Of a stretch of 64,000 bases of DNA, positions 63,603-64,000 are shown in pieces. Made by a program: the position numbers and the translations under genes. The stretch comes from Cirrosporium novae-zelandiae (lineage: Eukaryota). The notes under the pieces were generated by a model, which saw only the letters and a program-made list of their open reading frames with translations, did no database searches and had not been told where the DNA came from. Location: assembly GCA_026023565.1 (NCBI GenBank), contig JAPETS010000018.1:1-64000 (forward strand). The letters are read 5' to 3'. The stretch's first letter is position 1; each line of letters opens with the position of its first letter.

Positions 63603-64000
63603 TGTTGGGATTAAAGAGTCCTGAATCAGAACCAGCGTTAGACCCTGGTGTCCGTTTCTAGGCTCTCTCTAGGCTCTTCTCTAGACGTAGACCCTCTTTT
63701 AAAGCCTCTTCATCTCTCTAGGATCTATTAACTTACACAACCACAAGAAACCCCTTTTAACTACCTGGGTACCTAGGTAGTTATCTGATCCGAAAATGGC
63801 CACTCACCCACATCCTAACCTCCCACCAATTAAATCAGATGAATTCAATGTGGGAGAGAGACAAGCCATGCCAAGTTCAAGAAACCCTGTACCATAACTG
63901 TGTGTAGTATTCCTTAACATTTTAGCATTCTTACTGTTTCAGCAATGGTTCGGGGACCATTTTAGAAATGATCAAACTCCACGAGTCAATTAGGAACCTT

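Noticed and set aside
1..64000. UGA reassignment to Trp in this organism
   Set aside because: Many genes end in TGA at expected positions, and conserved Trp residues in the long ORFs are TGG-encoded.
1..64000. CRISPR arrays, rRNA genes, autonomous transposons, secondary-metabolite cluster
   Set aside because: No repeat-spacer arrays, rRNA sequence, transposase/RT ORFs or PKS/NRPS backbone seen.

Overview
Eukaryotic nuclear DNA from a filamentous ascomycete (Pezizomycotina-like genes with short GT-AG introns and CTAAC/CTRAY branch sites). It carries about 20 apparently intact genes: EPT1/CPT1, TAF2, SmG, NTR2, LSD1-like demethylase, MED11, TAF5, ClpP, a DUF1776-like protein, a GT31 glycosyltransferase, UTP23, YDJ1, FCY1, RPP0, TRM82, HEM12, a hemerythrin-domain protein, a GNAT, an alpha/beta hydrolase, a FAR-17a/AIG1-like protein and one uncharacterised ORF. 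Several decayed genes are also present. The most striking signal is two tRNA-Trp(CCA) genes (34570-34707 minus, 42056-42190 plus) with identical 72-nt exonic sequence. Each is interrupted in the variable loop (45/46, AAG|GT context), not at the canonical 37/38 site, by a 63-66 nt insert that looks like a spliceosomal intron (GTAAAT...GCTAAY...TAG). The predicted mature tRNA also has a G27:A43 mismatch, leaving a 4-bp anticodon stem. Other observations are a MITE-like inverted-repeat element inside an intron, a 790-nt TAF5 first intron, seven intergenic TACCTAGGTA palindromes, functionally matched head-to-head gene pairs and a step-type heat-shock element. Protein calls rest on recalled family motifs, not database searches.
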